A DNA stretch of 64,000 nucleotides, taken from an uncultured Wenzhouxiangella sp. (GTDB lineage: Bacteria; Pseudomonadota; Gammaproteobacteria; Xanthomonadales; Wenzhouxiangellaceae). Below, one piece after another: positions 38,419-51,483 of this stretch. Position numbers and translations under genes: made by a program. The first letter of the stretch is position 1, and each line of letters begins with the position of its first letter. The notes under the pieces are model-generated. The model saw nothing but the letters and a program-made list of their open reading frames with translations. It was not told where the DNA came from and did no database searches. The DNA lies in the NCBI GenBank assembly GCA_937876395.1, contig CALEIM010000127.1, forward strand, positions 12,334 through 76,333, given 5' to 3'.

Positions 38419-39273
38419 ATGTCGGAAGTTTTTACCCTATTCGCCCCCTGGGAGTTCAGCTGGCTGGTCCAACTGACCGTGTGGGGCACCCTGCTGATTT
38501 ACTGGAACGGCTGGCGCCTGAGCCGGCCGAACGAGCGACCGGGAATAGCGGCCGTGCTGGCCTTTGTCATCGGCATGCTGCTGATGTATGCGGTAACTCA
38601 GACCTATCTCGACTACTGGTCGCAGTACATGTTTTTTGTCCACCGTGGCCAGCACCTGGTCTTGCACCACCTGGCGCCGTTTCTGATCGCCCTGTCGATG
38701 CCGGCAGCCGTGCTGGCCCGCGGCATTCCGGTGCCGATCAAGCGGTGGTTTGGCCAGCGGCGGACCCTGCGAATGGTCTGGGTCTCGGTTTATCGGCAGC
38801 TCCAGCATCCGGCCGTGGCCAGCATCCTGTTTGTCGGCCTGATTGTGTTCTGGCTCTCGCCGGCGGTGCATTTTGACGCGATGCTCAGCCGCGACCTGTA
38901 CTGGGTGATGAACTGGTCGATGGCGCTCGATGGCCTGCTGTTCTGGTGGCTGATTTTCGAGCGCGGCGGAGCCGGCATTACCCCACGCCTGGGTTATGGC
39001 ACGCGCGTGTTGCTGATGGTTGCGGTCATGGTGCCGCAGATCATCATCGGTGCCAGCATCACCTTTGCCAAAACCAACTGGTTCGAGGTCTACGCCGTGT
39101 GCGGGCGAGCCTGGCCGATCGCACCGATGACCGACCAGTATCTCGGCGGCTTGATTACCTGGATACCGCCGGCGATGATGAGTGCCGTGGGCGGTCTGAT
39201 CTTGCTGCGCTTCTGGCTGTACGATGATGCGGCCCGCCATGAGCAGCAGGCAGTGGCCTGCCCAAACAATTGA
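38419..39273 (+). CDS. ctaG: caa3-type cytochrome c oxidase assembly factor (CtaG-like)
   Basis: Multi-TM; H-x-x-QHLVLHHLAP, DQYLGGLITWIP; precedes PCuAC and SCO. Confidence 0.8.
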   Translation: MSEVFTLFAPWEFSWLVQLTVWGTLLIYWNGWRLSRPNERPGIAAVLAFVIGMLLMYAVTQTYLDYWSQYMFFVHRGQHLVLHHLAPFLIALSMPAAVLARGIPVPIKRWFGQRRTLRMVWVSVYRQLQHPAVASILFVGLIVFWLSPAVHFDAMLSRDLYWVMNWSMALDGLLFWWLIFERGGAGITPRLGYGTRVLLMVAVMVPQIIIGASITFAKTNWFEVYAVCGRAWPIAPMTDQYLGGLITWIPPAMMSAVGGLILLRFWLYDDAARHEQQAVACPNN

Positions 39274-39298
39274 ACTTTCAAGAATTAAGGATCCGCAC

Positions 39299-39760
39299 AT
39301 GAAAACGATTGTGTCTGCCATCGCATTGATTCTGATCATGGCCGCAGGCGCCCTGTGGTGGGTGTCGGACCAGCCGGCGGCTGAAGACGTCGAGATCAAG
39401 AACGCGCGCGTGCGCCTGGTGCCCGGCGGTGGTCCGATGGCCGGATACCTTGAAATCCGCAACAATTCCAGAGCGGCAATACACTTGACAGCGGCCCGTT
39501 CAAGCGCCTTTGACCATGTGATGATCCACCGAACCGTCGTGTCCGACGGCAGCGCCCGCATGGAGCATCAGCACGAAGGCGTGCTGATCACCCCCGGTCA
39601 AACCGTGGTCTTTGCCCCGCGCGGTCTGCATCTGATGCTGATGCGGCCCCAGCAGGAGCTGCAGATCGGTGACAGCCTTGAACTGGTGCTGGAATTCGAG
39701 GGCCTGGAACCGGCCGAACGCTCGGCAAGTTTTACCGTCGTCCCGATTACCTCGGAATGA
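39299..39760 (+). CDS. copper chaperone PCu(A)C
   Basis: AGYLEI-x-N, MIHRT...M, P-x-GLHLML. Confidence 0.88.
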   Translation: MKTIVSAIALILIMAAGALWWVSDQPAAEDVEIKNARVRLVPGGGPMAGYLEIRNNSRAAIHLTAARSSAFDHVMIHRTVVSDGSARMEHQHEGVLITPGQTVVFAPRGLHLMLMRPQQELQIGDSLELVLEFEGLEPAERSASFTVVPITSE

Positions 39761-40347
39761 AACTGATTCGAGCGCTGATCATCGCCAGCCTGGCGCTGGT
39801 ACTGCTGGCGGCCTGTTCGGACCGCAGCTGGAACGGCAAGGACGTGTCGTGGATGTGGCCGCCGCTGGAGTTCGAGCTGACCAGTGAAACCGGCGAGCAG
39901 GTGACCGAAGAACTTTTTGCCGGAAGGCCGGTGGCGATCTATTTCGGCTTCACCCACTGCCCCGATATCTGCCCGACCACCCTGGCCAAGCTGTCGGCCG
40001 CCGTGCGTCAACTGCCCGAACCGATGGCCGAGCGCATCCAGACGGCGTTTGTCAGCGTTGACCCGGCCCGCGATACCCCCGAACGCCTGGCGGACTACAC
40101 CAACGCCTTTGACCAGCGCATGCTCGGTCTGACCGGCAGCCAGGAGCAGCTCACGGCGCTGACCCGCCGCTATCGGATCAGCTACGGCTATGAAGAACCG
40201 CGCGCCGACGGTAGCTATGACGTCAGCCACAGCTCGTCCATCGTGGTCTTTGACTCAAGGGGCGATGCCCGCCTGATGATGCTCGACACCCTTGAGGTCG
40301 CCAGCATCGCCGCCGACCTCGAACGCTTGCTTGGCGAGGACGCCTGA
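39757..40347 (+). CDS. sco: SCO family lipoprotein
   Basis: LAAC lipobox, YFGFTHCPDICPTT, VSVDPARDT, Y-x-V-x-HS. Confidence 0.93.
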   Translation: MKLIRALIIASLALVLLAACSDRSWNGKDVSWMWPPLEFELTSETGEQVTEELFAGRPVAIYFGFTHCPDICPTTLAKLSAAVRQLPEPMAERIQTAFVSVDPARDTPERLADYTNAFDQRMLGLTGSQEQLTALTRRYRISYGYEEPRADGSYDVSHSSSIVVFDSRGDARLMMLDTLEVASIAADLERLLGEDA

Positions 40348-40377
40348 TTTTGGACCTGTTGGCCCTTCGGACCAATA

Positions 40378-40393
40378 AAATTGCCGACTTGCC
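40378..40393. repeat. left copy of 16-bp target site duplication AAATTGCCGACTTGCC
   Basis: Identical to 41815-41830. Confidence 0.93.
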
Positions 40394-41814
40394 TGTCAAC
40401 CCAAAGTAGAAATGTCCCCTTTTTAACAAAGTAGAAATGTCCCCTTGGTCGTCAAGTGATGCGGTCTGGGTAGGCGCTTCGCCATGGGTGATCGGGCGCT
40501 GGTTTGTAGGCTGGTCTTGCGGCTTGCTGATTTCTGATCTGATCGATTCGACTGAGCACGGACTTGTCGTCCTCAATCGGGATGGGGCGCTCGCCCTCGG
40601 CCAGTATCCGGAAAGGCAGCGCCTGACCTTTGCTCAGAATGGTCATGCGGCCATCGAAGGCCTGGCACAGGGTCACATGGCTACCCCGGAGCCGGTAGCC
40701 CTTGCCGTGTCCGGTGATCTGGTACTGACGGTTGTTGAACTGGCAGGTCAGGTTCTTTGAGAGTTTGCGTCGGTGGTGGATACTCAGGATCAGGTCGAGC
40801 TCCTCGGTGCTGTGAAGAACCGGTCGGTGGGCGTCTGTGGTGCTTTGCGGTGGCTTGGCGAAGCGCCGGTTGTAATCGGCCAGGAAGGCGGGGACAAACG
40901 CGTTGGCCGCGTCGATATCGCTGATGTCACGCAGCCTGAGCTCCTTGGTCAGGCGATCCTGCAGGGTCTGGTTGGCCCGCTCAACCCGGCCCTTGGCCTG
41001 GGGTGTGCTGGCATGGATCGCGCCGATGTCGAGCGTCTTGAGGGCGCGCGTGAACTGGGTCAGCTCGCCTTCGCAGTCGCGCTGATTGACCCGAAAGATG
41101 CTGTGCCGGTCGGAGTACAGTGCAACCGGGCGTCCGTGGAGATCAAGGTACCCAGCCAGCGTTTCCATGTAGGCTTGGGTTGACTCGACTGGCACGAAGC
41201 GCAAGGCACCCAGCTCACCGGTGGCATCGTCGATGAACACGATCAGACAGCAGCGCGGACCCCGGTCTTCGAACCAGTCATGCGGCGAGCCGTCGATCTG
41301 GACCAACTCGCCCCGGCAGGGTCGGCGTGGCCGACTCTGGTGAACCCGGGCCCGGCGCCGTCGCTTGGGCTGCCACAGGGCCTCGGCAATCATCCAGGCC
41401 CTGAGCGTCTCGACGGAGTGGGCAAAGCCGTGCCGCTCGACGAGCTTCTCGTGGGCCAGCGTCGGGCCGAAATCATGGTAGCGGGTACGCACCAGGTCGA
41501 TGAACTGAGCCCGCACCGAAGCGGTAATGCGGTTATTGCCCGGCCGACCGCGGTGTCGGGATACCAGGCCAGCAGCTCCATCGGCACGGAAGTTCCGAAC
41601 CAGCCGTTTGATCTGGCGAACGCTAAGATCAAGCTGAAGCCCGGCCTCGCGCTGAATCAACTCGCCGTCCACCACCTTCCGGATCACACCAACCCGGTCC
41701 AACTCCTTGTGACTCATGGCAATCGTCTCCCGATCCATGGCCCCGCTCCCTGTCAGAACAAAAAGGGGACACTTTAACTTTGTGGAAAGGGGACATTAGT
41801 GCTTTGGGCTAACA
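40394..41814 (-). mobile_element. insertion sequence, ISNCY / IS1202-type, 1421 bp
   Basis: TGT...ACA ends, imperfect IRs each with two CAAAG-N5-[AG]TGTCCCCT blocks, single transposase, 16-bp direct repeat. Confidence 0.92.
40452..41738 (-). CDS. DDE transposase (ISNCY / IS1202-type)
   Basis: N-terminal HTH, GELVQIDGSPHDW, YSDRHSIF, KGRVERAN, C-terminal KP-x-x-DHPWR. Confidence 0.93.
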   Translation of the reverse strand: MDRETIAMSHKELDRVGVIRKVVDGELIQREAGLQLDLSVRQIKRLVRNFRADGAAGLVSRHRGRPGNNRITASVRAQFIDLVRTRYHDFGPTLAHEKLVERHGFAHSVETLRAWMIAEALWQPKRRRRARVHQSRPRRPCRGELVQIDGSPHDWFEDRGPRCCLIVFIDDATGELGALRFVPVESTQAYMETLAGYLDLHGRPVALYSDRHSIFRVNQRDCEGELTQFTRALKTLDIGAIHASTPQAKGRVERANQTLQDRLTKELRLRDISDIDAANAFVPAFLADYNRRFAKPPQSTTDAHRPVLHSTEELDLILSIHHRRKLSKNLTCQFNNRQYQITGHGKGYRLRGSHVTLCQAFDGRMTILSKGQALPFRILAEGERPIPIEDDKSVLSRIDQIRNQQAARPAYKPAPDHPWRSAYPDRIT

Positions 41815-41830
41815 AAATTGCCGACTTGCC
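41815..41830. repeat. right copy of 16-bp target site duplication
   Basis: Identical to 40378-40393. Confidence 0.93.
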
Positions 41831-41859
41831 TTGATCCGAAACTGATTCTGGGGTATAAA
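41831..41859 (+). promoter_or_regulatory. sigma70 promoter of rpmB-rpmG
   Basis: TTGATC-17 bp-TATAAA with GC-rich discriminator, 45 bp before the rpmB ATG. Confidence 0.7.
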
Positions 41860-41904
41860 ACCCGGCTCGAATCGAATTCAACCAAATTTTCAGGAACAGT
41901 TCTC

Positions 41905-42141
41905 ATGGCCCGAGTGTGTCAGGTGACCGGCAAGCGTCCGCTGGTCGGCAACAACGTCTCCCACGCGAAAAACCGGACCCGGAAGCGGTCGCTGCCGAAT
42001 CTGCATAGCCACCGGTTCTGGGTTGAGAGCGAAAATCGCTGGGTGAAGCTGCGCGTATCGACCAAAGGTCTGCGCACGATTGACAAAAACGGCATTGATC
42101 AGGTTCTCGCCGACCTGCGTGCCCGCGGCGAAAAGGTTTAA
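41905..42141 (+). CDS. rpmB: 50S ribosomal protein L28
   Basis: [12 protein letters not shown]...GNNVSHA...LPNL. Confidence 0.98.
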   Translation: MARVCQVTGKRPLVGNNVSHAKNRTRKRSLPNLHSHRFWVESENRWVKLRVSTKGLRTIDKNGIDQVLADLRARGEKV

Positions 42142-42153
42142 GGAGCTTCCAAC

Positions 42154-42321
42154 ATGGCCAACAGCGCACGCGACAAGATCCGCATGATCTCCAGTGCCGG
42201 TACCGGGCACTTCTACACCACGGACAAGAACAAGAAGAACACGCCGGGCAAGATGGAGATCAAGAAGTACGATCCCGTCGTCCGCAAGCACGTGATGTAC
42301 AAGGAAGGCAAGATCAAGTAA
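42154..42321 (+). CDS. rpmG: 50S ribosomal protein L33 (absent from the ORF track, 55 aa)
   Basis: [64 protein letters not shown]. Confidence 0.98.
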   Translation: MANSARDKIRMISSAGTGHFYTTDKNKKNTPGKMEIKKYDPVVRKHVMYKEGKIK

Positions 42322-42347
42322 GCGGCCCGCTTTTGTACCGCTTGCAG

Positions 42348-42378
42348 AAAACGCCGGGCCTGAAAAGCCCGGCGTTTT
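42348..42378 (+). terminator. rho-independent terminator after rpmG
   Basis: AAAACGCCGGGC-CTGAAAA-GCCCGGCGTTTT. Confidence 0.85.
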
Positions 42379-42457
42379 GCGTTGCGCCCTGAGCGACACG
42401 GACACGGCGCCGGTCGTCGTAGAATATCCGCTACCTCATGACCAGCGAATTGAAGCG

Positions 42458-43054
42458 ATGCCTGACGATCTGATTGCCGGCAACCGCCGATGGGCGAGCG
42501 CCATTCTCGGTGAAAAGCCTGATTATTTCGAGCGCCTGGCCGCGGTCCAGAGGCCCGACTATTTCTGGATTGGCTGTGCCGATTCGCGCGTGCCGGCCAA
42601 CGTGGTTACCGGGCGCGATGCCGGGCGTATTTTCGTGCATCGCAACGTGGCCAACCTGATCCATCCGGCAGATTTCAACCTGCTCGCCTGCCTGGAATTT
42701 GCGATCGAGGATCTGGGTATCCGCGATATCGTGGTGTGCGGCCACTATGGCTGCGCCGGGGTCAGAACCGCGACCGAGGGCATGGATCACGGCCTGGCCG
42801 ATCACTGGGTCGAACCGATTCGGGCGATTGCCCGCCATCGTGCCGAGGAACTTGATTCCCTGACCGAGCCGGAGGCGCGCCTGAACCGCCTGGCCGAGCT
42901 TAACGTGGTCGAGGGCGTGAAGCGCGTGGCCGAAACTCCGGTCATCCAGCGCGCCTGGACGCGCGGCGAGCAGATCACGATTCACGGCCTGATCTACGGA
43001 CTCAAGGATGGCCTGCTCAAGGACCTGGGCTGCTCGGTTCGACGCGCTGACTGA
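42458..43054 (+). CDS. can: beta-class carbonic anhydrase
   Basis: WIGCADSRVP, FVHRNVAN, CGHYGCAG. Confidence 0.93.
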   Translation: MPDDLIAGNRRWASAILGEKPDYFERLAAVQRPDYFWIGCADSRVPANVVTGRDAGRIFVHRNVANLIHPADFNLLACLEFAIEDLGIRDIVVCGHYGCAGVRTATEGMDHGLADHWVEPIRAIARHRAEELDSLTEPEARLNRLAELNVVEGVKRVAETPVIQRAWTRGEQITIHGLIYGLKDGLLKDLGCSVRRAD

Positions 43055-43075
43055 TCGCCAGAGCGTCCCCAGGCG

Positions 43076-43750
43076 CTACACCAGCCCGCGCTCAGCCAGC
43101 GATACAACCTCGCCATCGCCAACGATGAAATGATCGAGCAGGCGAATTTCAACCAGTCCCAGCGCGTCGCGCAGGCGCCGGGTAATGGCCAGATCGGCCT
43201 GGCTCGGTTCGGCCACTCCGGAAGGGTGATTGTGGGCGATGATCAGTGCGGCGGCTCGTCTGGCGAGCGCCTTTTCGACCACCACGCGCGGGTGGACATG
43301 GGCCGCGTCAATGGTCCCGGTAAACAGCTCATCGAAGGCGATTACGCGATGGCGGGTGTCGAGATGCAGCGCACAGAACACCTCATGAGGCCGATCGCGC
43401 AGCGCCGCACTCAGGTATTCGCGGGTGGCTTGCGGGCTGGTCAGCGGATGGCCGCGTTCAAGGTTTTCACGTAGCTGGCGCCGGGCCAGTTCCACCGCCG
43501 CCTGGATCTGGGCATACTTGGCCGGCCCCAGGCCCGGGGTTTCGCAGAAGCGTTCGAGACTGGCATCCAGCAGGCCACGCAGCCCGCCGTGGAGATTGAG
43601 CAGGTGACGGGCCAGATCGAGCGCTGAACGTCCGTGGCAGCCGGTGCGCAGCAAAATGGCGAGCAGTTCGGCGTCGCTGAGCTCGGCAGGCCCGCTGGCC
43701 AGCAGGCGTTCGCGGGGTCGTTCGGCCATCGGCCAGTCGGCGATTTTCAT
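43076..43750 (-). CDS. radC: RadC/YicR JAB-domain protein
   Basis: [29 protein letters not shown]; divergent from coaBC. Confidence 0.95.
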   Translation of the reverse strand: MKIADWPMAERPRERLLASGPAELSDAELLAILLRTGCHGRSALDLARHLLNLHGGLRGLLDASLERFCETPGLGPAKYAQIQAAVELARRQLRENLERGHPLTSPQATREYLSAALRDRPHEVFCALHLDTRHRVIAFDELFTGTIDAAHVHPRVVVEKALARRAAALIIAHNHPSGVAEPSQADLAITRRLRDALGLVEIRLLDHFIVGDGEVVSLAERGLV

Positions 43751-43857
43751 GGTCGGGCTACAAGGATGGTGTCGGAGGCGTTATTCTGGTCGCCCGGCGC
43801 CGAAACCAGCAAGCGGCCCCGGCCCCGCTTCCCGGTAGGAATTTGACTCGACACAAC

Positions 43858-45090
43858 ATGAACATGCTTGCAGGAAAAAAAATCGTGGTCGGCGTGACCG
43901 GCGGCATCGCCGCCTACAAAGTGCCCGAGCTGCTGCGCCGTCTGCGCGATGCCGGTGCCGAAGTGCGTGTCGTCATGACCGCCGGCGCCCAGGCTTTTAT
44001 CACCCCGCTGACCCTGCAGGCGACCAGTGGCCAGCGCGTTCACGGCGATCTGCTCGACCCGGAAGCCGAGGCCGGCATGGGGCATATCGAGCTGGCCCGC
44101 TGGGCCGACGAGATTCTGGTGGCCCCGGCCACGGCACACGCAATCGCGCGCTTCGCTGCCGGTCTGGCCGATGATTTGCTTGGCACCTTGATTGTCGCCA
44201 GCGAGGCTCGCGTCTGGCTGGCCCCGGCGATGAATCGCGTCATGTGGGCGTCACCGTCGGTGCAGGACAATTGCGCCGTGCTCAGTTCGCGCGGTGTGCG
44301 CATTCTTGGCCCGGGAGCGGGCTCCCAGGCCTGTGGCGAGCACGGCCAGGGGCGCATGCTTGAACCGGCCGAACTGGTTGAAGCGCTGGCTGCCGGCTCG
44401 AATGCCCTGGCCGGTCGCCGCTTCGTGGTTACGGCCGGGCCGACCCAGGAGCCGCTCGATCCGGTGCGCTTCATCGCCAATCGCTCGTCGGGGCGGATGG
44501 GTTTTGCGGTCGCCGCAGCCCTTGCCGAACTGGGCGCGAAGGTGCAACTGGTGGCCGGGCCGGTGCAGATGGCAACGCCGCCGGGCGTTGAGCGCACCGA
44601 CGTGCGCACCGCAGTCGAGATGCAGCGCGCGGTCATGGCACGCCTCGACGGTGCCGACGGCTTTGTCGGCGTAGCCGCCGTGGCCGACTATCGGCCGGCA
44701 CGGCTGGCCGAGGACAAGCTCAAGAAGTCATCGGATGACATGCAGCTTAAGCTGGTACCCAATCCAGACATCATTGCCGAAGTCGCCGGCGGCACGACGC
44801 GGCCGGGCATCGTGGTCGGCTTCGCCGCCGAAACCCGTGACCTGGAAAATGCCGCCATGGGCAAGCTCAAGGCCAAGAAGCTTGACCTGATCGCGGCCAA
44901 CCGGGTCGGGGCCGATCTGGGATTCGAGACCGAGGACAATGCGCTGGAAGTGTTCAGCGCCAGCCGGCGCTGGAGCCTTGGGTCCATGCCCAAGCAGGCC
45001 CTGGCGCGCGAGCTGGTTGCTATCATCGTTGAAACCATGATCGAGAGGGAAAACCGATCCAATGAATCGCCTGAAAGTCCGCATTCTTGA
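43858..45090 (+). CDS. coaBC: phosphopantothenoylcysteine decarboxylase/ligase
   Basis: [29 protein letters not shown], GFAAET; start approximate. Confidence 0.96.
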   Translation: MNMLAGKKIVVGVTGGIAAYKVPELLRRLRDAGAEVRVVMTAGAQAFITPLTLQATSGQRVHGDLLDPEAEAGMGHIELARWADEILVAPATAHAIARFAAGLADDLLGTLIVASEARVWLAPAMNRVMWASPSVQDNCAVLSSRGVRILGPGAGSQACGEHGQGRMLEPAELVEALAAGSNALAGRRFVVTAGPTQEPLDPVRFIANRSSGRMGFAVAAALAELGAKVQLVAGPVQMATPPGVERTDVRTAVEMQRAVMARLDGADGFVGVAAVADYRPARLAEDKLKKSSDDMQLKLVPNPDIIAEVAGGTTRPGIVVGFAAETRDLENAAMGKLKAKKLDLIAANRVGADLGFETEDNALEVFSASRRWSLGSMPKQALARELVAIIVETMIERENRSNESPESPHS

Positions 45091-45517
45091 CCCGCGCCTG
45101 GGCGAGCTTTGGCCGCTACCTGAATATGCCACGCCGGGTTCGGCCGGCCTGGATCTGCGCGCCTGTCTGGACCAGGATCTGACCCTTGAACCGGGCCAGA
45201 CCGCGCTGCTGCCCTCGGGCATGGCCATCCATCTCGACGATCCTGGCCTGGCCGCGGTACTGCTGCCGCGTTCCGGCCTGGGGCACAAGCAGGGTCTGGT
45301 GCTGGGCAACCTGGTGGGTCTGATCGACAGCGATTATCAGGGCGAGGTGAAGATTTCCTGCTGGAACCGCGGACTGGATACCATCCTGATCGAGCCGGGT
45401 CAGCGTATCTGTCAGCTGGTCGTCGTCCCGGTGGTCCAGGTTCAGCTCGACGTGGTTGAGGCCTTCGAGGCGAGCGAGCGGGCTGGCGGCGGTATTGGTC
45501 ACACCGGGGTGCGCTGA
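45062..45517 (+). CDS. dut: dUTP diphosphatase
   Basis: [26 protein letters not shown]-x-x-GG-x-GHTG. Confidence 0.97.
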   Translation: MNRLKVRILDPRLGELWPLPEYATPGSAGLDLRACLDQDLTLEPGQTALLPSGMAIHLDDPGLAAVLLPRSGLGHKQGLVLGNLVGLIDSDYQGEVKISCWNRGLDTILIEPGQRICQLVVVPVVQVQLDVVEAFEASERAGGGIGHTGVR

Positions 45518-45519
45518 TC

Positions 45520-48431
<2,912 letters not shown>

Positions 48432-48432
<1 letters not shown>

Positions 48433-48496
48433 AGGCACAAGGTTCAGGGCTCTAGGCAAAAATCTTCTTGTGCCCTGCGCCTTGAGCCTTGCGCCT
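48432..48496. repeat. inverted repeat of AAGGCNC-like heptamers between convergent genes
   Basis: AAGGCAC AAGGTTC AGGGCTC TAGGCA - loop - TGTGCCC TGCGCCT TGAGCCT TGCGCCT. Confidence 0.75.
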
Positions 48497-48506
48497 ATTG
48501 CAACAA

Positions 48507-49859
48507 TCAGTAAGCGTGGTTGCGGAATAGCTGGTCGATATCGCCCTCCCAGGCATTCTCCCAGGAGGCCAGCTTGATCTCGGCCGGAGTAAGCCCGCGC
48601 CTGGTGGTTTCCTGTAATGGGCGTAAAAAACCGCCTTCGTGCTGGCCGCGGCTGTTGAGCCGGTTGCGCCGAACCAGGCCGCGCTCGGCCACTTCAAGCA
48701 GCTCGCTGGCCAGATCGCGGACCCGACGTCCGCCAATTTCGGCGGCCAGGCCTTTTCGGGCGACGTCGCGACGAAGTTGCTCGCGCTGTTCAGCGCTCCA
48801 GTTTTGGCTGATGTCCAGGCAGGCGCTCAGGCTGTCGCTGTCGTAGAGCAAGCCGACCCAGAACGCCGGCAGGGCACACAGGCGGCGCCACGGACCGCCG
48901 TCGGCACCGCGCATTTCGAGGAAGCGCTTGAGGCGTGCTTCGGGGAAAGCCGTGGTCAGGTGATCTTCCCAGTCTGCAAGGGTCGGGTGCTCGCCGGGCA
49001 GGCCGGGCAGGCGACCAGCCAGGAAATCGCGAAAGCTCTGGCCGGCCACGTTGATCAACTGATCACCGCGGCTGACAAAGTACATCGGTACATCCAGCAT
49101 CCAGTCGACGTAGCGTTCAAAACCCATGCCCGAGTCGAAAACCCACGGCAGCATGCCGGTGCGATCCGGGTCGGTGTCGGTCCACACGTGGCTGCGGTAA
49201 CTTAAAAACCCGTTGGGCTTGCCCTCGGTAAAGGGCGAGTTGGCGAACAGGGCGGTGGCGATCGGCTGCAGGGCCAGGGCGGCGCGAAACTTGGCCACCA
49301 TGTCGGCCTCGCTGGAGTAATCCAGGTTGACCTGCACCGTGCAGGTACGCTTCATCATGTCGTGGCCAAGCTGGCCGACTTGCGGCATGTAGCGCCGCAT
49401 GATCACGTAGCGTGCCTTGGGCATCCAGTCGATGTCGTCGCGCCGCGCGCTGGGATGAAAACCCATCCCCAGAAAGCCGATGCCCAGCGGTTCAGCCACC
49501 TGGCGGACTTCGGCCAGGTGGCGGTTGACCTCGTTGCAGGTCTGGTGGAGATTTTCCAGCAGCCCGCCGGACAGTTCAAGCTGCCCGCCCGGCTCCAGGG
49601 TTATCGAGCAATCGTCTTTCTTGAGCGCGATGGGCAGGCCATCTTCAAGCACCGGCTGCCAGCCGAACTGCTCGGCCAGACCGTCAAGGACAGCGCGAAT
49701 CGAGCGTTCGCCCGCATACGGCAGCGGTTTCAAGGTGTCGCTACAGAAGCCGAACTTTTCGTGTTCGGTGCCGATGCGCCACGCCGACTCGGGCTTGCAG
49801 CCCGATTCGAGCCAGTCTGCGAGCTGGCGTTTGTCGGTCAGGACGGTATCGGGATTCAT
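48507..49859 (-). CDS. gshA: glutamate--cysteine ligase (plant/alphaproteobacterial GCS2 type)
   Basis: [39 protein letters not shown]. Confidence 0.93.
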   Translation of the reverse strand: MNPDTVLTDKRQLADWLESGCKPESAWRIGTEHEKFGFCSDTLKPLPYAGERSIRAVLDGLAEQFGWQPVLEDGLPIALKKDDCSITLEPGGQLELSGGLLENLHQTCNEVNRHLAEVRQVAEPLGIGFLGMGFHPSARRDDIDWMPKARYVIMRRYMPQVGQLGHDMMKRTCTVQVNLDYSSEADMVAKFRAALALQPIATALFANSPFTEGKPNGFLSYRSHVWTDTDPDRTGMLPWVFDSGMGFERYVDWMLDVPMYFVSRGDQLINVAGQSFRDFLAGRLPGLPGEHPTLADWEDHLTTAFPEARLKRFLEMRGADGGPWRRLCALPAFWVGLLYDSDSLSACLDISQNWSAEQREQLRRDVARKGLAAEIGGRRVRDLASELLEVAERGLVRRNRLNSRGQHEGGFLRPLQETTRRGLTPAEIKLASWENAWEGDIDQLFRNHAY

Positions 49860-49929
49860 GGCATAGCACCCGGCTAGAATGAGGCGCTGATTATCGCTTG
49901 TTTACGCACCGGATGCAGGGCTGAAACAG

Positions 49930-51483
49930 ATGACTCCAGGCTTTCGAAAGAAGCCCGCGGCAGGGACGTTTCACCTGCTGGCGGCAATCTTGCTGGTGCT
50001 GGTTGCAGTGAATGGGCACGGCCAGACCTTGCATCGCGGTGTTGGGCCTGAGCCCGATTCGCTCGACATCCACACCGCGCAGAGCCTTTCGGCGCTCAAC
50101 GTGCTGCGCGATGTGCACGAAGGCCTGCTCAGTTTTGATGCCGAAGCGAAGCTGATCCCCGGCCTGGCCACCGCCTGGTCGATCAGCGACGGCGGACGGC
50201 TCTGGACCTTTGAGCTTGATCCCGAAGCGCGCTGGTCTGACGGTGAGCCAATCACCGCGGCCGATTTCGTTGCCGGCTGGCGACGAGCCCTGAATCCAGC
50301 CACCGCCTCGCCGATGGCGGCGCTGCTCGACGTGGTCGCCAATGCACGCGCTGTGCGCCGCGGCCAGGCCCGGCCCGATGAGCTGGGCATCGTGGCGCTC
50401 TCAGCCGAGCGTCTGCAGATTCAGCTGGAAAACCCTCTGCCCTGGTTCGACGAACTTTTGACTCATCCGCTGACCTTCCCCTGGCCGGGCGGGTCGGATC
50501 GCTACAGCGGCGCGTTTGTTCTTGCCGAGCAGCTACCCGGCGCGCATCTGAAGCTCAGGCGAAATCCGTATTACCGGGCGGCCGACACCGTCGCGCTTGA
50601 ATCGGTCGTGTGGCACGTCATTGAGCAGCCGGCCGTGGAGCTGTCGCGCTACCGGGCCGGGCAGCTGCATATCACCGAGTCCATTCCGCCCGGCCAGGCT
50701 GACTGGCTGGACGAACGGTTTGGCGAAGAGCTCCGCATCGCGCCCTATCTGGGCAGCTTCTTTCTGGCCTTCAACCTGTCTGGCCCGCCGTTCGAGAATG
50801 CGCCCAGGCTGCGCCGGGCCTTGAGTCTGGCGATCGACCGCGACATCATCGTCGAGCGGGTTCTCGGCTCGGGCGAGATTCCGGCCTGGGGTCTGGTGCC
50901 GCCGGGCATGCCCGGCTGGGATGACGGCCGCGCCGCGCCGCTGTCGCCGGATGCGGCGCTTGATACCGCCCGCCGCCTGTACCGCGAGGCCGGCTACAGC
51001 GAGCGCCGTCCGCTGACCGTCGAGCTGCGTTTCAATACCTCGCTGACCCATCGGCGCCTGGCCGCCGCCGTTGCCGCCATGTGGAAACTGCACCTGGGTG
51101 TCGAGACCCGCATGGTCAACGAGGAATGGAAAGTGTTTGTCGCCAATCGCCGCCAAGGGCGAATCACCGAGATCGTGCGCGGCGGCTGGATTGCCGACTG
51201 GCGCGATGCGGCCAATTTCCTGCAGTTGTTTGAAAGTTCCAGCCCCGGCAATTACAGTTTTTTTGCCGATGCCGAGTTTGATCGACTCATGGCCGATGCC
51301 GCCGAGAAGCACGGCCACGCACGAATTGCGCTGCTGCGCGCAGCCGAAGAGCGGCTGCTCGACCAGCAGGTCATCGTGCCGGTGTACTACTATGTTTCCA
51401 GACATCTTGTGAGCCCCCAAGTGAGCGGATTCAAGAACAACCCGATGGACATTCATCTGTCGCGCTGGCTGGCCCTGCCGTGA
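49930..51483 (+). CDS. oppA: peptide ABC transporter substrate-binding protein (family 5), copy 1
   Basis: EPDSLD, EGL, ARWSDG-x-PITA-x-DFV, GW-x-AD; start uncertain. Confidence 0.85.
   Translation: MTPGFRKKPAAGTFHLLAAILLVLVAVNGHGQTLHRGVGPEPDSLDIHTAQSLSALNVLRDVHEGLLSFDAEAKLIPGLATAWSISDGGRLWTFELDPEARWSDGEPITAADFVAGWRRALNPATASPMAALLDVVANARAVRRGQARPDELGIVALSAERLQIQLENPLPWFDELLTHPLTFPWPGGSDRYSGAFVLAEQLPGAHLKLRRNPYYRAADTVALESVVWHVIEQPAVELSRYRAGQLHITESIPPGQADWLDERFGEELRIAPYLGSFFLAFNLSGPPFENAPRLRRALSLAIDRDIIVERVLGSGEIPAWGLVPPGMPGWDDGRAAPLSPDAALDTARRLYREAGYSERRPLTVELRFNTSLTHRRLAAAVAAMWKLHLGVETRMVNEEWKVFVANRRQGRITEIVRGGWIADWRDAANFLQLFESSSPGNYSFFADAEFDRLMADAAEKHGHARIALLRAAEERLLDQQVIVPVYYYVSRHLVSPQVSGFKNNPMDIHLSRWLALP

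Noticed and set aside
43076..43750. radC as a mobile-element or anti-defence marker
   Set aside because: Full-length form in the standard rpmB-radC-coaBC-dut chromosomal context
48507..49859. Horizontally acquired plant-type gshA
   Set aside because: This type is known in Xanthomonadales-like gammaproteobacteria and composition matches the flanks
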